A program made the position numbers and the translations under genes. A DNA stretch of 38,202 nucleotides from Myxococcota bacterium (lineage in GTDB: Bacteria > Myxococcota_C > UBA6777), in NCBI GenBank assembly GCA_023150835.1, contig JAKLKB010000073.1, forward strand, positions 1 to 38,202, read 5' to 3'. The notes under the pieces were generated by a model. It was not told the DNA's origin, ran no database searches, and saw only the letters and a list, made by a program, of their open reading frames with translations. This document shows, in pieces, positions 17,335 through 24,940 of this stretch; position 1 is the stretch's first letter, and every line of letters starts with the position of its first letter.

Positions 17335-18558
17335 TTAATCTTCGAATTCAACGCGGATGGTGTTGATGAGGCGTTGGAGGGCTTCTTTGACGACTTCGGT
17401 GTCGGTGTGTCGGACGACAACGTAGCCTTCGCCTTCGTAGCTAGTAGAAGAGTGCTGACCGACTTGAGGGAGTTTGGCTTCGATGACAAGGGAGCCGACT
17501 TCGCGTTGGGCTTGTTCGATGCCGTGAACGGCTTTGACGCGGCCTTTGCCCATGCCACGGAGGAAAGCGGCCCCTGCGGCGTATTTTTGTTGTGGGAAGG
17601 GGAAGGTGCCAAGGATCATCAATTCGACCCATGCTTTGTGGAAGTCGAAGTCGTAGCCGAGGGCGGTGAGGGTCATGATCTGCGCGCCCGGGGGGCGAGC
17701 CGCGACTTCGGAGATGGCGATGCTACCGTCATCACGGAGAAACCATTCCATGTGGGTGAGTCCGGTTTGCATACCGAGGGCTTTGAGGGCGTGTTTGTTG
17801 GCTTCGGTGATCTGCTGATAGTGGGGGGCATCGAGTTCGCGGGGGAGCAAGACGCACCATTGAATCCAAGGATTCTTGAGGACTTCGAGGGGAGTGGGAT
17901 AGTATCGTGTCGAAGAAAACCACACCAGTTTTCCGTCGATACTGACGCCTTCAAAGGAGTATTCTTGGCCTTTGATGAATTCTTCAAAGAGGGTGGGATC
18001 TTCGGGGGAAAGTTTGGCGACAGAGAGGTAGTCGTTGAGTTGTTGGTCGTCGTTGATCTGGAAGGTATTGCGAGCGCCAGCACCAGCGGGGGGTTTGATC
18101 ACGATGGGGAAGCCGACTTGTTGTCGGAACTGACGGACTTGTTCGGTGTTTGTGGCGAGCAGGTGGCGAGCGCAGGGAAGCCCGTTGGAGCGCAAGATAT
18201 CCTTCATGCGGGCTTTTTCGCGGAAGTTTCGAGCGACAGCTTCGGACATACCGTAGATACCGAGGTGATCGCGGACAGTACCGAGGGTGATTTGGAGATC
18301 TTCGAGGAAACCGATCAGGCGATGGATGGGGCCATTTTGTTGCATCAGAAAGCGGCAAGCGACGACGACTTGGCCGGCATCAAGGGTGTTGTTGACGCGG
18401 TAGTGGCCGACCATCTTGTCGCGGTATTCTTGGGGGAAGCGTTCGACAGGTTCGTGGGTGACGACGCTGACGCCGACATCGGGGATCTCAAGCATCGGCT
18501 TGAAGAAACGGAAGGTGGTTTGACCGAGGTAAGGGACGACGAACACAACGTGTTTCAT
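17335..18558 (-). CDS. ATP-grasp ligase, paralog 3 (L-amino acid ligase-like)
   Basis: FREKARMK, IVIKPPAGAGARNT, FEEFIKGQEYS, THMEWF, SEVAARPPG. Confidence 0.88.
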   Translation of the reverse strand: MKHVVFVVPYLGQTTFRFFKPMLEIPDVGVSVVTHEPVERFPQEYRDKMVGHYRVNNTLDAGQVVVACRFLMQQNGPIHRLIGFLEDLQITLGTVRDHLGIYGMSEAVARNFREKARMKDILRSNGLPCARHLLATNTEQVRQFRQQVGFPIVIKPPAGAGARNTFQINDDQQLNDYLSVAKLSPEDPTLFEEFIKGQEYSFEGVSIDGKLVWFSSTRYYPTPLEVLKNPWIQWCVLLPRELDAPHYQQITEANKHALKALGMQTGLTHMEWFLRDDGSIAISEVAARPPGAQIMTLTALGYDFDFHKAWVELMILGTFPFPQQKYAAGAAFLRGMGKGRVKAVHGIEQAQREVGSLVIEAKLPQVGQHSSTSYEGEGYVVVRHTDTEVVKEALQRLINTIRVEFED

Positions 18559-18600
18559 AGGGGGGCCTCTTTTGTTCTAGGGATCTGAGGGTACGCGGGG

Positions 18601-18692
18601 TGTTTCCGCAGTAAAGGTACGTTTGGAGCGAAGCAACAATCGCTTTTCTCCAAACCTGCTAAGTTGTTTGCGCAGTAAAGGTACGTTTGGAG
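18601..18692. repeat. Two 28-bp direct repeats separated by 36 bp
   Basis: TGTTT(C/G)CGCAGTAAAGGTACGTTTGGAG at 18601-18628 and 18665-18692 (1 mismatch). The spacer contains CTCCAAAC, complementary to the repeat end GTTTGGAG. Confidence 0.8.
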
Positions 18693-18704
18693 TGGACGAG
18701 TGGT

Positions 18705-19442
18705 TTAAGGGACCATGTTATCGAGATATTTGGGGAGCATATCGCGCCATGTGATCCAATCGTGATCCCATTTGTGCCAGATATCAAGGCGGTGGGGGAT
18801 CTGTTTGGAGGCGAGGATGTGGGCGACACGTTCGCTTTCTTGGGGTTCTTCCCACTTGCCGTCACCTGTGGCGAGCAGGATAAAACGCTCGCGGAGTTGT
18901 TGGAGTTGTGGGCCTTCTTGGAGGTTGGGGAGAAAGTGAAGGGGAGAAGAGAAATAGAGATCGAGGCTGTGTTGGCCTTTGGCCCAGCGTTGGATATCGA
19001 AGGTTCCGCTCATACAGATGGCGCTTGAGAAGATATCGGGGGAGCGGGTGATGGCCGCGAGTGCATTATAAGCCCCAAGAGAAGCTCCGGCAGTAATGAT
19101 CGGGATATCAGGCGTATGACAATCGTGTCGGATGGCAGGGACAACTTCGTGGGTGACGAAGTGGTGATAGGCATTTTGCATGGCGGCGCGCTGGAGGCCC
19201 GAGACATGGGGATCAAGCCACGTGCGCCCAGCGACACTATCGCAAGAGTAGACTTTAAGGCGGCCTGCTTCGATCAAGGGTCGAAGGGCGCGCATCATCA
19301 AGAAGCGTTCGCCTTCTTCGGCATCTCCGCCTGCGGTGGGAAAGAGCAGAAGCGGTTGTCCGTAATAGCCAAAGCGAGCGACGAGGACGTCTTGGTGGAG
19401 GCGTGTGGAGTACCAACGAGAGGCCAGTTTGTAAGGGAACAT
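18705..19442 (-). CDS. Short alpha/beta-hydrolase (esterase family)
   Basis: FGYYGQPLLLFPTAGG, nucleophile elbow GASLGA, MSGTFD, HDWITW. Start ATG 19442 after AAGGAG. Confidence 0.85.
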   Translation of the reverse strand: MFPYKLASRWYSTRLHQDVLVARFGYYGQPLLLFPTAGGDAEEGERFLMMRALRPLIEAGRLKVYSCDSVAGRTWLDPHVSGLQRAAMQNAYHHFVTHEVVPAIRHDCHTPDIPIITAGASLGAYNALAAITRSPDIFSSAICMSGTFDIQRWAKGQHSLDLYFSSPLHFLPNLQEGPQLQQLRERFILLATGDGKWEEPQESERVAHILASKQIPHRLDIWHKWDHDWITWRDMLPKYLDNMVP

Positions 19443-19578
19443 GCAACACTCCTTGAGGCTTTTGGTGGAGCGGTTTGTGTAGTCGCCCACTCGACGCATT
19501 GGGGGGATATCTCGGGCGTGCCGAGTGGATGCGTTGGTTTGTTTACGCCCGATGCTTGGGTGTTTGAGAGCGACAGCG

Positions 19579-20715
19579 CTATTCGTAGATCATCCAAAGA
19601 GGCCCGGGGAAAAGCCAAGTGAGCGCATCGCGCAGGTGGTCACGCCAGTTGATCCAGTTGTGACCATCGCGGGATTCGCGGTACTCGACTTCCATCCCTG
19701 TTTTTTGGAGGAGCGGAACAATCGAGCGATTTTCGTAGATCAGAGATTCGTACATCCCGCACGTGACAAAGACTTTTTCGCTAGGTTTACCGGGATGTTT
19801 TCGGAAGCGGTTCATAAAGTCGACCACAGGGTCAAACAGGGGGCCGCGTTTGTTTTCTCCGATATCCGTAAAGGCAAAGGAGCCGGATTGGAGGAGGAGT
19901 CGGCCAAAGACTTCGGGGTGTCGCCAAGCGGTGGAGAGGGTGGCGACGCCGCCAAAGGAAGCGCCCATGAGTCCGCGCATTTGGGGGATATCGTGGATGG
20001 GGTAGCGTTCTTGGAGGAGGGGGAGGACTTCGTGGACGGTGAATTGGGCTTGAGCGGGGTGATCGGGGTATTCTTGGAGGCGTTGGATGGGGTGTTGGAG
20101 GGCGACGATCAGGGGGGCGACTTCGCTGCGGTGGATGAGGTTGTCAAGGACGAACTTGAGGGAAGAATAGCGTTTGTAGTCGGGTCCGTCGTGGACGATC
20201 AAGAGGGGATAGCGTCGTCGGGGTCGGAAGCGAGCGGGGAGATAGACGGTGAGATGGCGTTTTCCGCCGTAGGCTTGGCTATCGATCTCGATATCTTCGA
20301 GTGTTCCAGCGCGGCTTTCGGTATCTTCGAGTGTCCATTCGGGGGTGAGGTAGCCTGCGCCTTGGCAGACGGAGTTGGCTCCAAAAGGATCGTAGGCGAG
20401 GTGTTTGTTGAGGGGATCACGGATCCAATGGCTGTGTCCGCGTTGAACGACTTCAAACTTGTATTCGATGCGGGACTGGTGAGGGATATCGGCTTGGAGC
20501 ACCCAGTGGCGGGTGCTGGGGATACGGAAAAAGTCTTGGGAGGAGGGGAGTCCAAAGATCCAATGGCGGAGGCGGACTTGTTCGGCATCGCCGCGATAGA
20601 AGAAGAGGACGGTGTTTTCTTCGACCCAAGGGAAGGCATGGATCTGCAAGAATTCATCGATTTCTGCATCGGAGACAGGGATATGTTGTTGTAGTCGGTG
20701 GATCAGTGATTTCAC
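19579..20715 (-). CDS. Fes-like esterase (alpha/beta-hydrolase with N-terminal beta-sandwich domain)
   Basis: EYKF...DPLN N-domain; VYLP, YPLLIVHDG, GASFGG, LLQSGSF, GHNWINW. The GTG start overlaps the upstream TGA (GTGA), suggesting translational coupling. Confidence 0.88.
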   Translation of the reverse strand: MKSLIHRLQQHIPVSDAEIDEFLQIHAFPWVEENTVLFFYRGDAEQVRLRHWIFGLPSSQDFFRIPSTRHWVLQADIPHQSRIEYKFEVVQRGHSHWIRDPLNKHLAYDPFGANSVCQGAGYLTPEWTLEDTESRAGTLEDIEIDSQAYGGKRHLTVYLPARFRPRRRYPLLIVHDGPDYKRYSSLKFVLDNLIHRSEVAPLIVALQHPIQRLQEYPDHPAQAQFTVHEVLPLLQERYPIHDIPQMRGLMGASFGGVATLSTAWRHPEVFGRLLLQSGSFAFTDIGENKRGPLFDPVVDFMNRFRKHPGKPSEKVFVTCGMYESLIYENRSIVPLLQKTGMEVEYRESRDGHNWINWRDHLRDALTWLFPGPLWMIYE

Positions 20716-21866
20716 CGCGACTCTCCTTTGGGGGCGAGGGTTGGGATCTCGGTGGCGCTGGTGAAGGAGGCGAGAGTTGGGATCTTGGTGGAGCTGTTGA
20801 AGGAGGCGAGAGTTGGGATCTCGGTGGCGCTGGTGAAAGAGTCGAGTGCTGCGGCCTTTTCGGCGCTAGGGAGGGCATCGCGAGAAGGGAATTGGTTGGC
20901 ATGTTCGGAGGCATGGGGAGAAGGGAGGACAGTGGCGTGTGAAAAGTGTTGGACATGACCGTCGGAGTGGAGGAGGCGGGTGTGTGGGTAGATCTTCCAT
21001 CCCGAGGAGGTGGCTTGGATGCGAGAGCCTTCGTCGAGGGCGCAGCAGAGGGAAGGGTGGAAGCGTTGAGCGAGAAGAGCGACACGAGCGGGGTCGTCGA
21101 GGTTGAGGCGTCGTTTGGCGTGCGGGAGGGGGAGGAGTCCTTTGAAGTAGCCAAGTCCGAGGTCAAGGATCTCGGGAGTACCGGCCCCTTGGGGTGGGTG
21201 ATCATGAAAAAGCACGACGCGATCGCTGAGCGCCATCGCCCCGGCGGACCAAGCGACAAGGCGTCGGTTGGCGAAGAAGGTTTCGATCCCAAGCATACGG
21301 ATACGATTGAGAAGGACAGCGACGTGGCCGCCAGCGATGGCGATGGTGGGGCAGTATCCGAGGACAGAGTGGATCTCTTCGCGCTGTTGTTGGATGGCGG
21401 GGCGCTCAAGGGAGCGCCATCGGGTTTCGAATTCTTGGTGGACGAGTTGGAGACGTTGGAGGTGGTGTTGATCGAGGCGTTGGATGGCGGCGATGGCGTC
21501 GGCGCGTTCGGGGAGGACGAGAGCGGGATCGCCTAGGTGTCGGAAGAGATGTTGTGCGGCTTCCACGAGTTTATCGAGGCGAAAACGGTAGAGGTTTTGG
21601 AGGTCGCGGAGTTGATCTTGGCGGGCGCGGTGGGCCTCAAAGAGATCTGTATCGGCGTGGAAGACATCTTCGCAACGGGCGTGGATGCGGAGGTTATGGA
21701 CACGGCATTGGGAGCCGAGGACTTCGCGGAGTTCTTCGTCTTCTTCTTCGCGTTCTTGCCATCCAGCGGAGACGAGTGCGATATCGCCGTCGATGCCGTG
21801 TTCTTTGAGGATATGGTGGACGGTGGGTTCGAGGCGTTGGGGTCCAAGCACGATCAGGTGTGGCAT
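20712..21866 (-). CDS. Peptidase S51/cyanophycinase-like protein (class I GATase-like fold, Ser nucleophile)
   Basis: VSAGWQE, IAIAGGHV, nucleophile motif AWSAGAMA, GLG...LLPLPHA, ALDEG. Start ATG 21866 (MPHLIVLGPQR). Repetitive C-terminal tail. Confidence 0.75.
   Translation of the reverse strand: MPHLIVLGPQRLEPTVHHILKEHGIDGDIALVSAGWQEREEEDEELREVLGSQCRVHNLRIHARCEDVFHADTDLFEAHRARQDQLRDLQNLYRFRLDKLVEAAQHLFRHLGDPALVLPERADAIAAIQRLDQHHLQRLQLVHQEFETRWRSLERPAIQQQREEIHSVLGYCPTIAIAGGHVAVLLNRIRMLGIETFFANRRLVAWSAGAMALSDRVVLFHDHPPQGAGTPEILDLGLGYFKGLLPLPHAKRRLNLDDPARVALLAQRFHPSLCCALDEGSRIQATSSGWKIYPHTRLLHSDGHVQHFSHATVLPSPHASEHANQFPSRDALPSAEKAAALDSFTSATEIPTLASFNSSTKIPTLASFTSATEIPTLAPKGESR
20733..20840. 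repeat. 3 x 36-bp tandem repeat encoding SF(T/N)S(A/S)T(E/K)IPTLA
   Basis: Units start at 20733, 20769 and 20805, in the 3' tail of the S51-like gene. Confidence 0.9.
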
Positions 21867-22125
21867 GTGGTTTTGGCTTCCTTGTGCGGGGTCACTCGGC
21901 AGCGCGGGCAAGGCACCTTGGGGTCTTGGGTGACGCGAGCAAGGCTTTTCGGTGCGTTGGGGGGTGTGCGAGCGACAAACACCGGCGTTGAGTAGGCACG
22001 AATCCATTCGGTGCATACGAGGCTTGAGCAAGGAGCGGTGTGTGTTTGTTTGTGCGCACCAGCGCAAACCTCGTCGAGCATGATAACGCAGATCGCAAGG
22101 AGTTCGCACAAATTCGCGGATCGGT

Positions 22126-23346
22126 TTAGCGGGAAGCGTACATCTGGATGTCTGTGGCGGCGATATCGGCCATGTGAAGGGCATCTTCCCAGCGAGGATG
22201 ACGGACGATCAGAAAGCCATCGCTGACGAGGGTTTGTTTCCAGTTGCGTCGGTGAGCGCCGATGGGGAGAAGTTGTTCGGTGCAGATCCATTGTCCGAAG
22301 CGTTGTTTGTAGGCATCAAGTCCGTGTATAGCGCGGATCGTGCCTTCGCCTTGTGCGCGTTTGAAGATGATGGCGGCGTTGTAGAGGCGGCGGGTGGGTG
22401 CGGAAAAGTGTTTGTGACAGACAGCGCGGGCCCATTCGCGGAACAGATCGATATCGCTGGTGTAGTTCATTTGATCGACGAGATGCGCTCCGCCCGGTCG
22501 ACAGCCGATCTCGCCAAAGACGACTTCGCCGTTGGGCTTGTAGTACCATTCCATGTGCGTAAAGCCCGTGCCCATGCCGAGAGCTTTGAGAACGCCTTTG
22601 CCGAGTTCGATGCCAGCGCGGATCTTGGGTTGGTTGAGATCGGAGACTGTGACGATCACAGGGCTGATCCACTCGTTGGTGCGGGCGATTAGTGGGCGAG
22701 GGAGGTATTGTGCGACGTTCATATAGACGGGTTCACCGTCGATGCAAACGGTGTCAAAGGTGAATTCTTCGCCGTCTACGAATTCTTCGACGCTGACTTC
22801 GGGGACATGGCGGAGGGCAGGGAGGACGCGGTGGAGTTCTTCGTCGTTTTGAATGCGGTAAGTATCGGCGCTACCGGCACCTGCGATGGGTTTGATGATG
22901 ATGGGGAATCCGATCAGATGGGCGGCGTCGATCACATCTTTTTCGGTGCTTGCGCGAAAGGCGTAGGGGACGCGCAAACCAGCGCGTTCGACGCGTTCTT
23001 TCATCAGTTGTTTGTCGCGAAATCCGAGGACGGTGTTGTAGGACATCCCCGCGACACCGAGTTGTTCGCGCAGTCGGGCGGCTGTGAGGACAAGGATCTC
23101 CCATTGGGCTTCGATGCGATCGACATGACGGCCTCCGAGCCATTGTTTGACGCGAGCGATCAGGTCGCCTTCGTTCATGATGCTTGGGACTTGGAGATAA
23201 TCGCTGAGGTAGGGGCGGACTTTTTCGGGGAGGGCGTGTGCGGGTGTGTCGCCAACGCCGAGGACACGGGCGCCGACTTCGGCGAGGCCGCGAGTATACT
23301 CGATCATCTCGGGTGGATAAGCCGGGCTGAGGAAGAGAACTTGCAT
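22126..23346 (-). CDS. ATP-grasp ligase, paralog 2
   Basis: FLSPAYP, FRDKQLMK, IIIKPIAGAGSADT, VEEFVDGEEFT, THMEWY, GEIGCRPGG. Confidence 0.88.
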   Translation of the reverse strand: MQVLFLSPAYPPEMIEYTRGLAEVGARVLGVGDTPAHALPEKVRPYLSDYLQVPSIMNEGDLIARVKQWLGGRHVDRIEAQWEILVLTAARLREQLGVAGMSYNTVLGFRDKQLMKERVERAGLRVPYAFRASTEKDVIDAAHLIGFPIIIKPIAGAGSADTYRIQNDEELHRVLPALRHVPEVSVEEFVDGEEFTFDTVCIDGEPVYMNVAQYLPRPLIARTNEWISPVIVTVSDLNQPKIRAGIELGKGVLKALGMGTGFTHMEWYYKPNGEVVFGEIGCRPGGAHLVDQMNYTSDIDLFREWARAVCHKHFSAPTRRLYNAAIIFKRAQGEGTIRAIHGLDAYKQRFGQWICTEQLLPIGAHRRNWKQTLVSDGFLIVRHPRWEDALHMADIAATDIQMYASR

Positions 23347-23443
23347 AATGGACTCCTGCGAAACGCACAGGCGGCGTTCAAAAGGCTAGACGGTCGGGTG
23401 TTGTGGGGGATCTTTGGATGAGGTGATTGTGGATGGGAGGGTG

Positions 23444-24676
23444 TTAGTGCGCCCACATCTTGACGGTTTGTCCGATGTCATCGAGCATTGCGCGGCAAGC
23501 ATCGTAATCGGGGTGACGCACCCAAACCCACGCATGAGCGAGATAGCCCGCACCGACGGGCGATGTCGCCGATCCTTCGGGTGGAAAGTGCGCAGCAAGA
23601 ATCCAAGGGTTGTATTTGGCGAACATCTCTTCACGTCCGCTGTATCCTGCGACATGGCCGTCTTGACTGGGTCGCAAAGAGATCAGTCCAGCGGAAAAGC
23701 GGCGGCTTGGTTGTGGGGAGGCTTGGCCGAACATCAAAGCGCGGGCCCATTCGGTGTAGAGGTCAAAGTCATTGGCGTAGTTGTAGAGATCCCACAGGCG
23801 GCATCCGGGGGGACGAGCGCCGATCTCGCTGAAAGTGAGGCCCTTGTCGCCGACAAACCATTCCATGTGAGTGGCGGTGGTTCCGAGTTGAAAGAGATCG
23901 ATCACGCGCTCGCCAAATTGGCGAAGGGGCTGATAACCCGGGGAGTCGATGCGGTTGGTGAGGACGATCTGCGGGCTGATCCAGCGGGTGCGCATGGCTT
24001 CGAGGACGTTGGGATAATAGTGACAGATGCCGTCAAAGATCACTTGGCCGTTGCAGGTCAAGGTGTCATAAAAGCCTTCGTGGCCTTCGATGAATTCTTC
24101 CATGGTAAAGAAGGCGTTTTGGCTGTTGGAAAGACCCGTTTCTGCGAGGGCTTGTTTGAGTTGTTCGGCGTTGTCGATACGATAGGTGGCGTGTGCGCCC
24201 GCGCCATCGCGAGGTTTGAGGATGACGGGATAGCCCGTTTCTTTAACAAACAGCCATGCTTTTTCGGCGTTATTGACGGCAGCGTTGCGCGCACAGGGGA
24301 CGCCTCTTGCACGCAAGAATTGTTTCATCTGAAATTTGTCGCGGCAGAGGTTGATGGTTTCCGAAGATATCCCGGGGATCTTGGCGCGTTCGCGGACACG
24401 AGCAGCAAGCAACATATGGCTTTCGATGGTGGCCTCGAAGCGATCGACCCAAGGCCCACGGTCTTGGATACGGCGTACGGCTTGGTAGACAGCTTCTTCA
24501 TTGCCGACAGAAGGGACTTGTTCGTATCCGTAGAGCCATCCTTTGATCTCGTGATCGAGATGAGAGAGCGGTGTTTCGCCGATGCCTGAGACGCGAGCGC
24601 CGATCCCCGCGAGTGCGCGGACAAATTGTCGTTGGTTGGATGGGAAGTGGGGGGCTAAAAAGATGATGTGCATCAA
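23444..24676 (-). CDS. ATP-grasp ligase, paralog 1
   Basis: FLAPHFP, CRDKFQMK, VILKPRDGAGAHAT, MEEFIEGHEG, THMEWF, SEIGARPPG. GAGG RBS. Confidence 0.88.
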   Translation of the reverse strand: MMHIIFLAPHFPSNQRQFVRALAGIGARVSGIGETPLSHLDHEIKGWLYGYEQVPSVGNEEAVYQAVRRIQDRGPWVDRFEATIESHMLLAARVRERAKIPGISSETINLCRDKFQMKQFLRARGVPCARNAAVNNAEKAWLFVKETGYPVILKPRDGAGAHATYRIDNAEQLKQALAETGLSNSQNAFFTMEEFIEGHEGFYDTLTCNGQVIFDGICHYYPNVLEAMRTRWISPQIVLTNRIDSPGYQPLRQFGERVIDLFQLGTTATHMEWFVGDKGLTFSEIGARPPGCRLWDLYNYANDFDLYTEWARALMFGQASPQPSRRFSAGLISLRPSQDGHVAGYSGREEMFAKYNPWILAAHFPPEGSATSPVGAGYLAHAWVWVRHPDYDACRAMLDDIGQTVKMWAH

Positions 24677-24763
24677 AGCACCTCGCTTGCTTGATCGCGG
24701 CGTGATCGCGGTGAGACTGTGTTGGGTTGGTTGGGTGTGAGAACACCTGAGAAATTGGTGGTT

Positions 24764-24792
24764 TCTCTAATGGAGATCGCGCTGAAAGTCAA
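24764..24792 (-). promoter_or_regulatory. Possible sigma70 promoter of the ATP-grasp operon
   Basis: Minus strand TTGACT-17 nt-TAGAGA, about 90 nt upstream of the first gene. The -10 box is weak. Confidence 0.25.
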
Positions 24793-24940
24793 GCGGAGTT
24801 TGGTGAGAGGCCACAAGGCAAAGGGCAGAGGCGAAAGAACTGGCGGGATCTGGTCTTTGTTCGGGGGGTTGGTGTATGGTGTGAGTTTTGAGGCTGGTGA
24901 TCTGGGAGAATTCCCTGAAACTGGTGGGTTGGGTTGTTGA

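Noticed and set aside
18601-18692. CRISPR array
   Set aside because: Only two repeats, no leader and no cas genes in the window. The spacer is partly complementary to the repeat.
21867-22184. N-terminal extension of the S51-like ORF
   Set aside because: It overlaps the end of ATP-grasp 2 and is not protein-like. The domain begins at MPHLIVLGPQR.
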